Source: Nitrospinota bacterium (GTDB lineage Bacteria > Nitrospinota_A > UBA7883 > JADGGD01). From it: a stretch of DNA of 64,000 bases. Under the pieces are notes generated by a model. That model was not told where the DNA came from. It did not search any database and worked only from the letters and a program-made list of their open reading frames with translations. Shown here one piece after another: positions 30,110-40,095 of this stretch. The DNA lies in the NCBI GenBank assembly GCA_942491805.1, contig CALOCG010000022.1, forward strand, positions 60,240-124,239, written 5' to 3'. Position 1 is the stretch's first letter, and every line of letters begins with the position of its first letter. Position numbers and translations under genes: made by a program.

Positions 30110-31018
30110 ATGTCTGTCGTAACCGTAGAGGATTGGGAACAGCGAAAAAGGTTCATCGGTTTCGGCGACGACGACATCGCCATTCTCAAAGCGCTCTCTC
30201 CCACCATCGAGAAACAGGTCGATGCGATGGTCGAAGAGCTCTACGACCATTTTCTCTCGTTTCCTCATCTCAGGAAATTCCTGCGGGACGAGGAGGTCGT
30301 CAACCGGCTGAAGATCACTCAGCGGGCCTATTTCCTCGACCTGTTCAAGGGGGAGTATAGCGGCGCCTATCTCGACGGGCGGCTGAAAGTCGGCCGGGTT
30401 CACCAACGGATCGGTCTCGATATCCAGTGGTACATGGGCGCCTTCGTGGTCTACGTCAGCATCATCGCCCCCCGGATCGCCAAACATTATAAGGACGACG
30501 CCAAAAAAATCGCCACGGCGATGATGGCCCTTTACCGGCTCATCAATCTCGACGAAGAATTGGCCATCGACACCTACATCGCCGCCCGCGAAGAGGTGAT
30601 CGCCGAACAGGCCGAAGAGATCATGGAGCTCTCCACCCCGGTGGTGCAGGTCTGGGACGGGGTCGTGGCGGCGCCGATCATCGGCACCCTCGACTCGCAA
30701 CGGACCCAGCTTTTCATGGAGCGGCTGCTCGAGACCATCGTCGAGACCAAGTCGCCGGTGGCTCTCGTCGACATCACCGGTGTCCCGGCCATCGACACCG
30801 CCACGGCGCAACATCTGATCGACACCATCAACGCGGTCAAACTCCTCGGCGCGCAGGTGGTCATCACCGGCGTATCCCCGATCATCGCCCAGACGCTGGT
30901 CCATCTCGGCATCGACCTTTCCGGCATCATCACCCGCTCCAGCCTGGCTCAGGGAATCGCCGTGGCGCTGGAGATTCTCAACCTTCAGATCGTCCCCAAA
31001 GGTAAGGGGGCGAACTGA
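30110..31018 (+). CDS. rsbR: RsbR-like stressosome sensor: N-terminal globin-coupled-sensor domain plus C-terminal STAS domain
   Basis: Sensor-globin block RLKVGRVHQRIGLDIQWYMGAF (proximal-His region). C-terminal STAS (VALVDITGVPAIDTATAQHLI). First gene of a tightly overlapping five-gene operon. Confidence 0.75.
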   Translation: MSVVTVEDWEQRKRFIGFGDDDIAILKALSPTIEKQVDAMVEELYDHFLSFPHLRKFLRDEEVVNRLKITQRAYFLDLFKGEYSGAYLDGRLKVGRVHQRIGLDIQWYMGAFVVYVSIIAPRIAKHYKDDAKKIATAMMALYRLINLDEELAIDTYIAAREEVIAEQAEEIMELSTPVVQVWDGVVAAPIIGTLDSQRTQLFMERLLETIVETKSPVALVDITGVPAIDTATAQHLIDTINAVKLLGAQVVITGVSPIIAQTLVHLGIDLSGIITRSSLAQGIAVALEILNLQIVPKGKGAN

Positions 31019-31377
31019 TGGGCGGCGAAAACATCTCGGTCATCCTGCTTCGGAACATCCTGATGGTCAACGTTCCGCCCGACCCGGACGACGACTCGAT
31101 TCAGGCGTTGCAAGAGAAGGTCTTAAAAGCGATGGAGCGGACCCGCGCCGAAGGGGTGGTGCTCGACATCTCCACCGTCGATATTCTCGACTCCTTCTTC
31201 GCCCGGACCCTCATCGACACGGTCCAAATGATTTCGCTCATGGGGGGGCGGACGGTCATCGCCGGCATGATGCCCTCCGTCGCCATCACCGCCACCCAAC
31301 TGGGGCTCACCTTCGAGAACATCGCCACCGCCCTTGACGTCGATACGGCGCTCGATATGCTTCGGGAAAAGCGGTGA
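31018..31377 (+). CDS. rsbS: RsbS-like STAS-domain protein (stressosome scaffold / antagonist)
   Basis: 119 aa single STAS domain. 1-nt overlap with rsbR. Confidence 0.75.
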   Translation: MGGENISVILLRNILMVNVPPDPDDDSIQALQEKVLKAMERTRAEGVVLDISTVDILDSFFARTLIDTVQMISLMGGRTVIAGMMPSVAITATQLGLTFENIATALDVDTALDMLREKR

Positions 31378-31383
31378 TCGACC

Positions 31384-31791
31384 ATGTCTAACGGGAAACG
31401 TTGGTCTGTCCCCATACGGCAAGAGAGCGACATCGTCCGCGCTCGAACCGTCGGGAGAGAAGCGGCCAAAGCCCTAGGCTTCGGTCTGACCGACATTACC
31501 CGCATCGTCACCGCCGCCTCCGAACTGGCCCGGAACATCTATCGCTACGCCGACGAGGGGGAAATGTCGGCCGAAGAGGTCACCCGCGACGGCAAGAGCG
31601 GCATCGAGCTGGTCTTCGCCGACAAAGGCCCCGGCATCCCCGACGTCGAACTGGCCCTGAGCGAAGGCTACTCCTCCAGCAAAACCATGGGGATGGGACT
31701 CCCCGGCGCGAAAAAGCTGATGGACGAAATGACGATCGAATCGACCGAAGGGATCGGCGCCACGGTGACGATCATCAAGTGGAAACGATAA
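31384..31791 (+). CDS. rsbT: RsbT-like serine kinase (GHKL / HATPase_c_2 anti-sigma-factor-type kinase)
   Basis: 135 aa. N box ELARNIYRYA. G boxes DKGPGI and MGMGLPGAKKLMDE. Confidence 0.75.
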   Translation: MSNGKRWSVPIRQESDIVRARTVGREAAKALGFGLTDITRIVTAASELARNIYRYADEGEMSAEEVTRDGKSGIELVFADKGPGIPDVELALSEGYSSSKTMGMGLPGAKKLMDEMTIESTEGIGATVTIIKWKR

Positions 31792-31794
31792 CGG

Positions 31795-32820
31795 ATGAAC
31801 GAAGGGGAGAAGGCCAACCACTTCGTCTCGGGCCCCGGCGACGTCACCTCCGTCCGAAGGAAAGCCCGCCGTCTGGCCGACGAGATCGGGTTCCCCGAGC
31901 CGGAAGCCGAGTCGATCGCTCTGGTCGTCACCGAACTTGCCACCAACATCGTCAAATACGCCGGTTCCGGCGTCGTCGCCTTGGCCCACAGTCGCGTCGA
32001 AGGGCGCGAAGGGATCACCGTAGAGGCCCGTGATCGCGGCCCCGGTTTCTCCGACGACGAACAGGTGATGGTCGACGGCTACTCCACCTCCGGCACCTTG
32101 GGACACGGGCTCGGCGCCGTCAACCGGATGATGGACGAGGTCGATATCCTCTCCGACGGCGAGCGGGGAACCCAGATCGTCGCCACCCGTTTCTTGCGCA
32201 CCCCGGCCAGCCGCGCCGCCTCCCTCGCCACTTCCCCGTTCGACATCGGCGCCGTCAGTCGTCCCCATCCGAAAATGACCGTCAACGGCGACACCTTCGT
32301 CATCCGCCACTGGAACGGCCATTCGCTGGTGGCGGTCATCGACGGGGTCGGCCACGGCCAATACGCGCAACGGGCTTCGCAAGCGGCCCGCTCCTACATC
32401 GAATCCCACTACGACCAGCCGCTCGACATGATCTTCAAAGGGGCGGCCAGAGCCTGTCGCGGATCGCGGGGGGTGGTCATGGCCATCGCCGTTTTCCGGT
32501 GGAGCGACGGTGAGATCAAATTCGCCTCCATCGGCAATATCGAAACCCGCCTCTTCGGGGTGAACAAGACCGACAAGTTCCATCTGCGGCGCGGGATCGT
32601 CGGCTTGCAGATGCCGACCCCCCACGTGGTCACCGACCTCTGGGCCCCCGGCGCCACGTTGGTCCTCTTCTCCGACGGGATCAGCTCCCGCTGGTCGCAG
32701 GCCGACCTCGGGGTCGATCGGGACTCTCCCTCCGCCCGGTTGGCCCACCGCATCCTGATGGATCATGTGAAAGAAAACGACGACGCCACGGTGGCGGTGG
32801 TGAAGGATCGGCGACCATGA
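31795..32820 (+). CDS. Fusion of a GHKL switch-kinase-like domain and a PP2C (SpoIIE-type) phosphatase
   Basis: The N-terminus is a second RsbT-like HATPase (ELATNIVKYA, DRGPGF, LGHGLGAVNRMMDE). The C-terminus is PP2C-like (VIDGVGHG...FSDGI...). Confidence 0.7.
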   Translation: MNEGEKANHFVSGPGDVTSVRRKARRLADEIGFPEPEAESIALVVTELATNIVKYAGSGVVALAHSRVEGREGITVEARDRGPGFSDDEQVMVDGYSTSGTLGHGLGAVNRMMDEVDILSDGERGTQIVATRFLRTPASRAASLATSPFDIGAVSRPHPKMTVNGDTFVIRHWNGHSLVAVIDGVGHGQYAQRASQAARSYIESHYDQPLDMIFKGAARACRGSRGVVMAIAVFRWSDGEIKFASIGNIETRLFGVNKTDKFHLRRGIVGLQMPTPHVVTDLWAPGATLVLFSDGISSRWSQADLGVDRDSPSARLAHRILMDHVKENDDATVAVVKDRRP

Positions 32821-34988
32821 CCGAGATGGGGCCGACCGACGACACCGAAACCTTGCGGGCCTATATCGCCAGTCTCGAAGCCGAACTGTCCGATACCAAC
32901 GAAGGACTCGTCGCCCTCACCCTCGAACTCGAGGACGCCAAGGAACAATACCGGAGCGTCATCGACAATTCGGTGGAGGGGATCTATCGGACCGACCGCG
33001 ACGGCAAGGTCGTCATGGCCAACCCGGCGTTGGCCCAACTGTTCGGCTACGAAACGGTCGACCGTCTGCTGGAAGACGAGCTTCGCATCGGCGACCGGTT
33101 TCTCGATCCGGCCCGGTGGAACGGATTGATCGAAGAGCTGGCCGACACCGGTCGGGTTCTCGGGGCGGTCATCCCCCTTACCGGCGCCGAGGGTCAAACC
33201 CGGGTCGTCTCCCACAACGTCCGGGCTCTCACCGACAACCGCGGCGCTCTCATCGGCATGGATGCGGTGGTCATCGACATTACCGAACGGCAGCTTCTGG
33301 AAGAACGGCTCAGCCTGATCGCCAAGGTCTTCGAATATTCGGTGGAGGGGATCGTCATCACCGACGCCGACACGACCATCCTCGAGGTCAACCGGGCCTT
33401 CTCCACCATCACCGGCTATCGGACCGACGAAGCGGTGGGACATAAAACCGACCTCCTCTATTCCGGCTGGCAAGACAGCGACTTCTACAAGCACATGTGG
33501 GAGAAACTCGAAACGGACGGGGTCTGGATCGGCGAGATCCGCGACCGGCGCAAGAACGGCGAGTTCTACGTCCAACACCTGACCATCTGCGCCATCGCCG
33601 GGGTTGACGGCGCCCCGGCCCACTACATCGGCATTTTCACCGACATCACCGAAAAAAAACTGAACGAAAAAAAGGTCCGGCAGCTCGCTTACTACGACCT
33701 GCTGACGCGGCTCCCCAACCGGACGTTGCTGATGGAACGGCTCTCCCACGGCATCCGCACCGCCGAACGGGAGAACTACCTGTTGGCGATCCTCTTCATC
33801 GACCTGGACAATTTCAAAAACATAAACGACATGCGGGGGCATCACGCCGGAGACAAGTTCCTGCAACAGGTGGCCGACCGGTTCACCGCCTGCGTCCGGG
33901 GCGCCGACACGGTGGCGCGGTTGGGGGGAGACGAGTTCGTCATCTTGTTAGAGGACATCAAAGATCCGCAGAACGCTTCGTCGGTGGCCAAACAGGTAAT
34001 CGACGAAATGAGGCGCGGTTTCAATCTGGGCGAAGGGGACGAAGTCTTCTCCGGCGCGTCGATCGGCATCGCCATCTACCCGTCCGACGGAGAAAACGCC
34101 GATACGATCCTCAAACACGCCGACACCGCCATGTACACCGCCAAAGAACAGGGGAAAAACGACTATCACTTCTTCCGCGAAGAGATGAACGTCAAAGCGA
34201 TGGAACGGCTCCGCCTAGAGACCGATCTCCGCCGCGCCCTGGAGAATGACGACTTCGTTCTCTTCTACCAACCGAAAGTCGATCTGGCCAGCGGGCGGAT
34301 CCACGGCGCCGAAGCCCTCATCCGATGGCGCCACCCGGAACTGGGGCTGGTCCTCCCCGACCGGTTCATCCCGTTGGCCGAGAAGAGCCCCCTTATCGAA
34401 TCGATCGGGGAATGGGTCATCCGCTCCGCCTTCGCTACCGGCGCCTCGTGGCGGGAGCGCGGGGTCAACCTCTCGTTCCTCTCGGTCAACGTATCGGCCC
34501 GCCAACTCGGCAGTCGCGGGTTTCTTGCCACGATCGAAAAAACCATCGCCGACACCGGCGCCATCCCGACCGATTTCGAACTGGAACTGACCGAGTCGGC
34601 GGTGATGTCCGACGCCGAAAGCTCCATCGAAAAACTGCGCGCCCTGCGCGACATGGGGTTCCGCATCGCCCTCGACGATTTCGGCACCGGCTACTCGTCG
34701 CTGAACTATCTCAAACGGCTCCCCATCGGCGCGGTCAAAATCGACCGCTCCTTCGTGCGGGACATCATGTTCGACGAGAGCGGACGAGCCATCGTCCGGG
34801 CGATCATCGCCTTGTCCCACAAGATGAACCTCGAGGTGATCGCCGAAGGGGTAGAGAAAGAGGACGAGCGAGAGTTTCTCGTGGAACAAGGATGCGATTT
34901 CGGGCAAGGTTACCTTTTCCACAAACCGATGGAAGAACCACATTTGATGGCCCTGCTCGGAAAAGCCCCCTCCCGCCGGGGACGGTAA
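32817..34988 (+). CDS. PAS/PAC-GGDEF-EAL c-di-GMP turnover protein
   Basis: Two PAS/PAC regions. Intact RLGGDEF and EALIRW motifs. ATGA overlap with the upstream gene. Confidence 0.9.
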   Translation: MTEMGPTDDTETLRAYIASLEAELSDTNEGLVALTLELEDAKEQYRSVIDNSVEGIYRTDRDGKVVMANPALAQLFGYETVDRLLEDELRIGDRFLDPARWNGLIEELADTGRVLGAVIPLTGAEGQTRVVSHNVRALTDNRGALIGMDAVVIDITERQLLEERLSLIAKVFEYSVEGIVITDADTTILEVNRAFSTITGYRTDEAVGHKTDLLYSGWQDSDFYKHMWEKLETDGVWIGEIRDRRKNGEFYVQHLTICAIAGVDGAPAHYIGIFTDITEKKLNEKKVRQLAYYDLLTRLPNRTLLMERLSHGIRTAERENYLLAILFIDLDNFKNINDMRGHHAGDKFLQQVADRFTACVRGADTVARLGGDEFVILLEDIKDPQNASSVAKQVIDEMRRGFNLGEGDEVFSGASIGIAIYPSDGENADTILKHADTAMYTAKEQGKNDYHFFREEMNVKAMERLRLETDLRRALENDDFVLFYQPKVDLASGRIHGAEALIRWRHPELGLVLPDRFIPLAEKSPLIESIGEWVIRSAFATGASWRERGVNLSFLSVNVSARQLGSRGFLATIEKTIADTGAIPTDFELELTESAVMSDAESSIEKLRALRDMGFRIALDDFGTGYSSLNYLKRLPIGAVKIDRSFVRDIMFDESGRAIVRAIIALSHKMNLEVIAEGVEKEDEREFLVEQGCDFGQGYLFHKPMEEPHLMALLGKAPSRRGR

Positions 34989-35052
34989 CCGTGGCCCGGT
35001 CCGTCTCGTCGCGATATACTACCGACACACCGACCACCGAGGACGATACCCG

Positions 35053-35493
35053 ATGAAACCCCTTTCCGTCGCCGCCGCACCGCTCCTTGCCCTCGCTCTC
35101 GCCGCCACCGCCCACGCCCGAAGCGACACCGTCGATTACAAAGTGGCCGACGCCGCCGCGACCGCCAAAGGGAAAGAGGCGTTGCTCGATGTCCCCTACT
35201 ATATGAAGGGACAAAAACATCCGGCCGTGGCCAAAAGCATGGGAACCGACCGGAGCAACCGGAAGACCAACGCTTTTAATAAAAGCGACGAGTTCGCCTG
35301 CCAAGTGGCGTTCCTGTCCGCCCTGAAAGCGCTTCAGCAAAAAGCGGTGCAGATGGGCGCCGATGGGGTGATCGACATCTACTCCACGACGAAAGGGAAC
35401 AAGCTGGAAAGCGCCGACTCGTTCCGTTGCGTGGTCGGGACGATCATCTCCCACGTCGGCCTGAACGGCGAATATGTGACGTTCAAAAAATAA
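35053..35493 (+). CDS. Small secreted protein of unknown function (tandem paralog A)
   Basis: Signal peptide. Conserved core SDEFACQVAFLSALKALQQKAVQMGADGVIDI...FRCVVGT shared with the next gene. Confidence 0.6.
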   Translation: MKPLSVAAAPLLALALAATAHARSDTVDYKVADAAATAKGKEALLDVPYYMKGQKHPAVAKSMGTDRSNRKTNAFNKSDEFACQVAFLSALKALQQKAVQMGADGVIDIYSTTKGNKLESADSFRCVVGTIISHVGLNGEYVTFKK

Positions 35494-35514
35494 CCGGGTG
35501 GGGATCGTACGATT

Positions 35515-35949
35515 ATGAAACTTCTCATCGCGTCGTCGCTTCTGCTTCTCTTCGTTGCCACCGACGCTTGGGCGAGGGCCGACCGGGTCGACTACCCGGT
35601 GGCCGGGGCCTTGGCGACCGATCTGGCCAAAGAAGCCCTCCACAATCTTCCGTTCGCCTTCACCGGGGCGAGTCACTCATTGGTGGAGCGGAATATCGCC
35701 ACCGGTTTTAATGACCGGACCACCCGCTCGATATTCCGAAGCGACGAATACGCCTGTCAGGTGGCCTTTCTTTCGGCGCTGAAAGGGTTGCAAGAACGAG
35801 CGGTCCAAATGGGCGCCGACGGCGTCGTCAACATCCGCTCCACCACCCGGGGGGAGACGTTTCGGAGCAGAGACCGGTTTCAATGCGTCGTCGGCTACCT
35901 ATTGGCCAACGTCAGCCTGACCGGCGATTTCGTATCGTTCGCCCGATAG
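35515..35949 (+). CDS. Small secreted protein of unknown function (tandem paralog B)
   Basis: Signal peptide. SDEYACQVAFLSALKGLQERAVQMGADGVVNI...FQCVVGY. Same length and layout as paralog A. Confidence 0.6.
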   Translation: MKLLIASSLLLLFVATDAWARADRVDYPVAGALATDLAKEALHNLPFAFTGASHSLVERNIATGFNDRTTRSIFRSDEYACQVAFLSALKGLQERAVQMGADGVVNIRSTTRGETFRSRDRFQCVVGYLLANVSLTGDFVSFAR

Positions 35950-36115
35950 GCGAGCGCCTATTCTTTGCCTTACCTCGATCACAAAGAGACCGCCTCCGTT
36001 GTCGGCTCGTTCTCGACCGGTCAAGCGGGCTTGCGCCAAAGGAGGAAGATATCAAAGAGGGTATTGTCGATGGAGGCGATAATTGCGGAATTGACGGAGC
36101 ATATATTTTCGAAAG

Positions 36116-36140
36116 CGCCCCGGACCACCGGTCCGGGGCG
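36116..36140. terminator. Terminator hairpin downstream of smc
   Basis: Perfect 25-nt palindrome CGCCCCGGACC-A-CCGGTCCGGGGCG flanked by AT-rich tracts. Confidence 0.5.
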
Positions 36141-36167
36141 TTGAGTGTTGCGTACGGCGCGTAGCCG

Positions 36168-39100
36168 CTACGCCACCGCCAATGGGGTTTGGCGTTCGTC
36201 GGACAGTTCGACCGCCAGGACTTTCGAGACCCCTTCTTCCTCCTGCGTCACCCCATAGAGCCGTTCGGCGAAGCTCATGGTCTTCTGGCTGTGGGTGATG
36301 ATGATGAACTGGGTCCGCTCGGTCATCTCGATGACCATGTCGCGGAACCGGAAGATGTTCGCCTCGTCCAGCGGGGCGTCAACCTCGTCCAAGAGACAGA
36401 ACGGCGACGGCTGCTTCATGAAGACGGCGAACAGGAGCGAGATTGCGGTCATCGCTTTCTCCCCTGCCGAGAGCAGGTTGAGGTGCTGCACCTTTTTTCC
36501 CGGCGGTTGAACCAGAATTTCGACCCCCGGCTCGCTCTTCCCCTCTTCTTCCACCAGCCGCATCTCGGCGTTGCCGCCGCCGAAGAGTCGTTTGAAGACC
36601 GAGGTGAAGTTGGCCGAGACTTCGGCGAAGGTCTCCATAAAGAGTTTCTCGGTAGCGCCGTTGAGGCTGTCGATGGTCTTCCGCTAGGTGGCGATCGACG
36701 AGACCAGATCGGTGTGTTGCGTTTTCATGAACTCGTACCGCCCATTGATCTCCTCGAACTCCTCCAACGCCGTCATGTTGACGTCGCCGATGCGGGAGAT
36801 TTCCCCCCGGAGGAACGAGAGCCGTCGTCCGGTCTCTTCCAGGTCGACTTCCGAGAGGTCGCGGTCTTTCAGATCTTCGACGGGAATGTTGAACTCGTGA
36901 TCGGCTTTCTCGACGATGTTCTCCACCCGCAAAGTCAGTTCGTTGGCTTTCACCGCCTCTTCGGCGATGGCGGCCCGCAACGTCTCCAGCTCTTGAGCCA
37001 GTTCCCGTCCCTCCTGTTCCAGCCGATCCCGCTCGCCGATCTCTTCGGTCAGGGCCTCGGTCATTCGGGTCACTTCCTCTTGCAGGGCCGACTGCCGTTT
37101 GGCGAGTTCGACGTTCTCCCCTCGCATCTCTTCGATGGAACGCTCCATCTCTTCCTTGCGACGGGCGTTTTCCCCCCGTGACGCGACGAGCCGTTCGACC
37201 CGCGCCGTCAGGTCGGCGGTGACGCTTTCGATCCTCTGGATATCGACCTTGGCGGCGGTCAGGCGACCACGGGTTTCGGTAAGGGCGATCTCCTCTTCCC
37301 GGACTCTGCCGGTGACACTCTCCAGCGAGCGGCGATACTCTTCTATCTCGGCGGACGCGCTCTCCACTTGGCCGTCCCGCTCGTTCTTTTCGGTCTCGAC
37401 CGTGGCGACCGCTTCGGCCAAGGTTTTCTCTTCATCGACCAGTTTGGCCCGGTCGGTGTCGAGTTGTTCGGCCTCCCGGTCGAGCGACTCGACCCCTCGT
37501 TGCGACCGTTCCAGGTCGGCCCGGCGCCCCTGCTCTTCCTTACCGGCGGAGAGAGCCGCCATGTCGAAGCTTCGCAACCGTTCGGCGGAGGCGGTCACCT
37601 CTTGTTTGGCCTTCTCGACGGCGGCGACCCCTTCCTCTTTGACCGTGGCCGCGTCAGAGCGGCGCCCCTCCAACCCGGCCAGTTCGCCGGTCAGCTCTTC
37701 GATGATCCGTTTCCGGGCGACGATAGCGGCGCCTTGTCCCGCCGGTTTGCCGCCGCCGGTGACGAACCCGTCGGCGTCGATCAGATCGCCGTCGAGGGTG
37801 ACGACCCCGTAAGCGCCGGGGTGTTGCCGCCAGATCTCCATGCCGTCGGCCAGGTCTTTGGCGACGAAGATCGACGCCAAGGCCCGACGAGCCGCTTGGG
37901 GGGCGGCGTCGGTGAAGGTGACCAGGTCGGACGCCCGTCCCACCAACGAGGGGTGATCGGGGGTCGGGGTGTCGGCGGCGGTCTCGACCATGTCTCCCGC
38001 CAACAAGATCGCCCGCCCGACGGCGCCTTCGCGCAACAGGCGGACCGCTTCGGCGACGCTGGCTTCGTCGGTCAGCATGGCCGCTTCGAGCCGTTCCCCC
38101 AAGGCGGCGGCCAACGCGGTCTCGAACGCGGGGGCGATCCTCAGACCGTCGGCCAAGAGGCCCGACGGTTTTTGGATGGTCCCGTCGTTGGCCAGTTTCA
38201 TAAGCCCTTTGACCCCTTCGCCGAACCCTTCCATGTTCCGCTCCAACTCTTCTAACGAGTCGAGCCGGGAGCGGACGCGGGTGATCTGGTCTTCCACATC
38301 GCGCAACGAAGCCGACGCCTGATCGAGCCGGGCCGTGGCGGCGGAAAGCTCTTCGGTCAGACGTTGATGGGTCTCCCGCTCGGTAGCGGCGTTGGCTTGG
38401 GCGGCGGCCAGCTCTTCGGTGATCCGGGCCACCGATTCGGTGAAGGCGCCCACCTGTTGAGCCGCTTCTTCGCGACGGGCGGTCAAGCCGGAGAGCCGGT
38501 TGTCGGCCATCTCGATCCGGGTGGTCAACTGCCCTTGCCGGTTCTTCGCCTCCGACAGTCGGCGCATCAGATCCATGTTCTCCCGCTGGAGCCGAGCCAG
38601 TTCGTCCTGTTTTCCGGCCAGCCGTTGGCGGACGTTTTTGCTCTCTTCGTCGAGATCCTCTTTCCGGGCCACGGCGACGGCGATCTCTCGATCGAGCTGG
38701 GCCACTTCGGCCAGACGTCCTTCACGGTCGCCGCCGATGCGGACTTTCTCTTCTTCCAACCGGGCGATATCGACTTCGGCCTCTTCTCGGATACGCCCCA
38801 GGTCGCTCAACTGACGGGTCAGCAACTCGATGTGGCTCTCGTTTTTCTCGATGGCGCTGGTGAGCTGGTATCGCTCCTCTTTCTTTTCACCCAAGGCCCG
38901 TTCTTCCACACCGATCCGCCCCGACAGGTTTTCGATCCGGTTCCGGCGGGTCGAGACTTCGGCGGAGACGATGGTCTCTTTCTCGCGGGCGGCCGAAAGG
39001 GTCGCCTCCATGCCGGTCAGTTTGACCTTCTGCATCTGATACTCATTGGCGTACCAGTCGTGGGCTTTCTCCCGGATCTCGGTGCGGAATCCCATGAACC

Positions 39101-39752
39101 GCTCCGCCTTTTTGGCCTGCCGCGACAAGGAGTTCCGTTGCCGTTCCAGCTCGCCGAGGAGGTCTTGGATACGGAGAAGGTTCTGCTGCGCGGCGGCCAA
39201 TTTGTTGAGCGCCGCGTTCCGGCGGGCTTTGTATTTCATGACGCCTGCCGCCTCTTCGATGAGACCGCGACGATCTTCGGGACGGGAGTTGACGATGGCG
39301 GTCACCTGCCCCTGCTCGATGATCGAGAGCGACCGGGTGGAGATGCCGGTGTCGAGAAAAAGGTCGACGATGTCTTTGAGGCGACAGGGGACTTTATTGA
39401 TGTAGTACTCCGACTCGCCGGAGCGGTAGAGCTTCCGGGTGACGGTGACTTCCGGGTATTCGGCGAACGGCATGGTGGTGATTTTGCCGTCGTCGTTGAC
39501 CATAGTGACGGAGACTTCCGCGAAGCCCGCTTGCTTTCTTCTGCCGGAGCCGTTGAAAATAAAGTCTTCCATCTTGCCGCCACGCATATGCTTGGCCGAC
39601 TGTTCGCCCAAGACCCATCGGATGGCGTCGGCGATGTTCGACTTGCCGCAGCCGTTGGGCCCGACGATGGCGGTGATCCCCGGTTCGAACCTGAGGGCGG
39701 TTTCGTCGACGAACGACTTGAAGCCGCGCATTTCAATTCCTTTGAAATACAT
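36168..39752 (-). CDS. smc: Chromosome partition protein SMC, containing an in-frame TAG at 36684-36686
   Basis: N-terminal Walker A (GPNGCGKSNI), long coiled coils, hinge, then ...DLVSSIAT-TAG-RKTIDSLNGATEKLFMETFAEV...LSAGEKAMTAISLLFAV...LDEVDAPLDE. The ABC signature and Walker B lie after the stop. Confidence 0.9.
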
Positions 39753-40095
39753 ATTTCCCTCGAGAAGTGTGCGAGATGAAAACAGTACAGACCTACCACA
39801 GGTGAGAGAATCGTATCAGTGGGTGGATAGGTTGTAAAGGATGAAATGGCCTATATAGGGGTGTCAGATGCTTGGCGCCACTATATAGTGTGTATTGAAT
39901 CGTGCATTGAAATATTTAAACCTATCTCTATGCGCATAGACGCAAATCCATTGTTAGGAGGGGAGTTTCGCTTTTCGCTCTCAAGGGCCGGAGCGCAAGA
40001 AGGAGAAATATCGACGGAAGACCTACCTAAAAATTGTCCCCACTCCTGCACAGTGGGGGAGGGGCGCCAACGCGCTACTCGACAGCTTCAGGCGG

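Noticed and set aside
36684-36686. The TAG inside smc could be a reassigned codon (pyrrolysine or another sense codon).
   Set aside because: TAG terminates other genes in the window (for example at 35947-35949). There is no other in-frame TAG in conserved genes, and no pyl genes are visible here.
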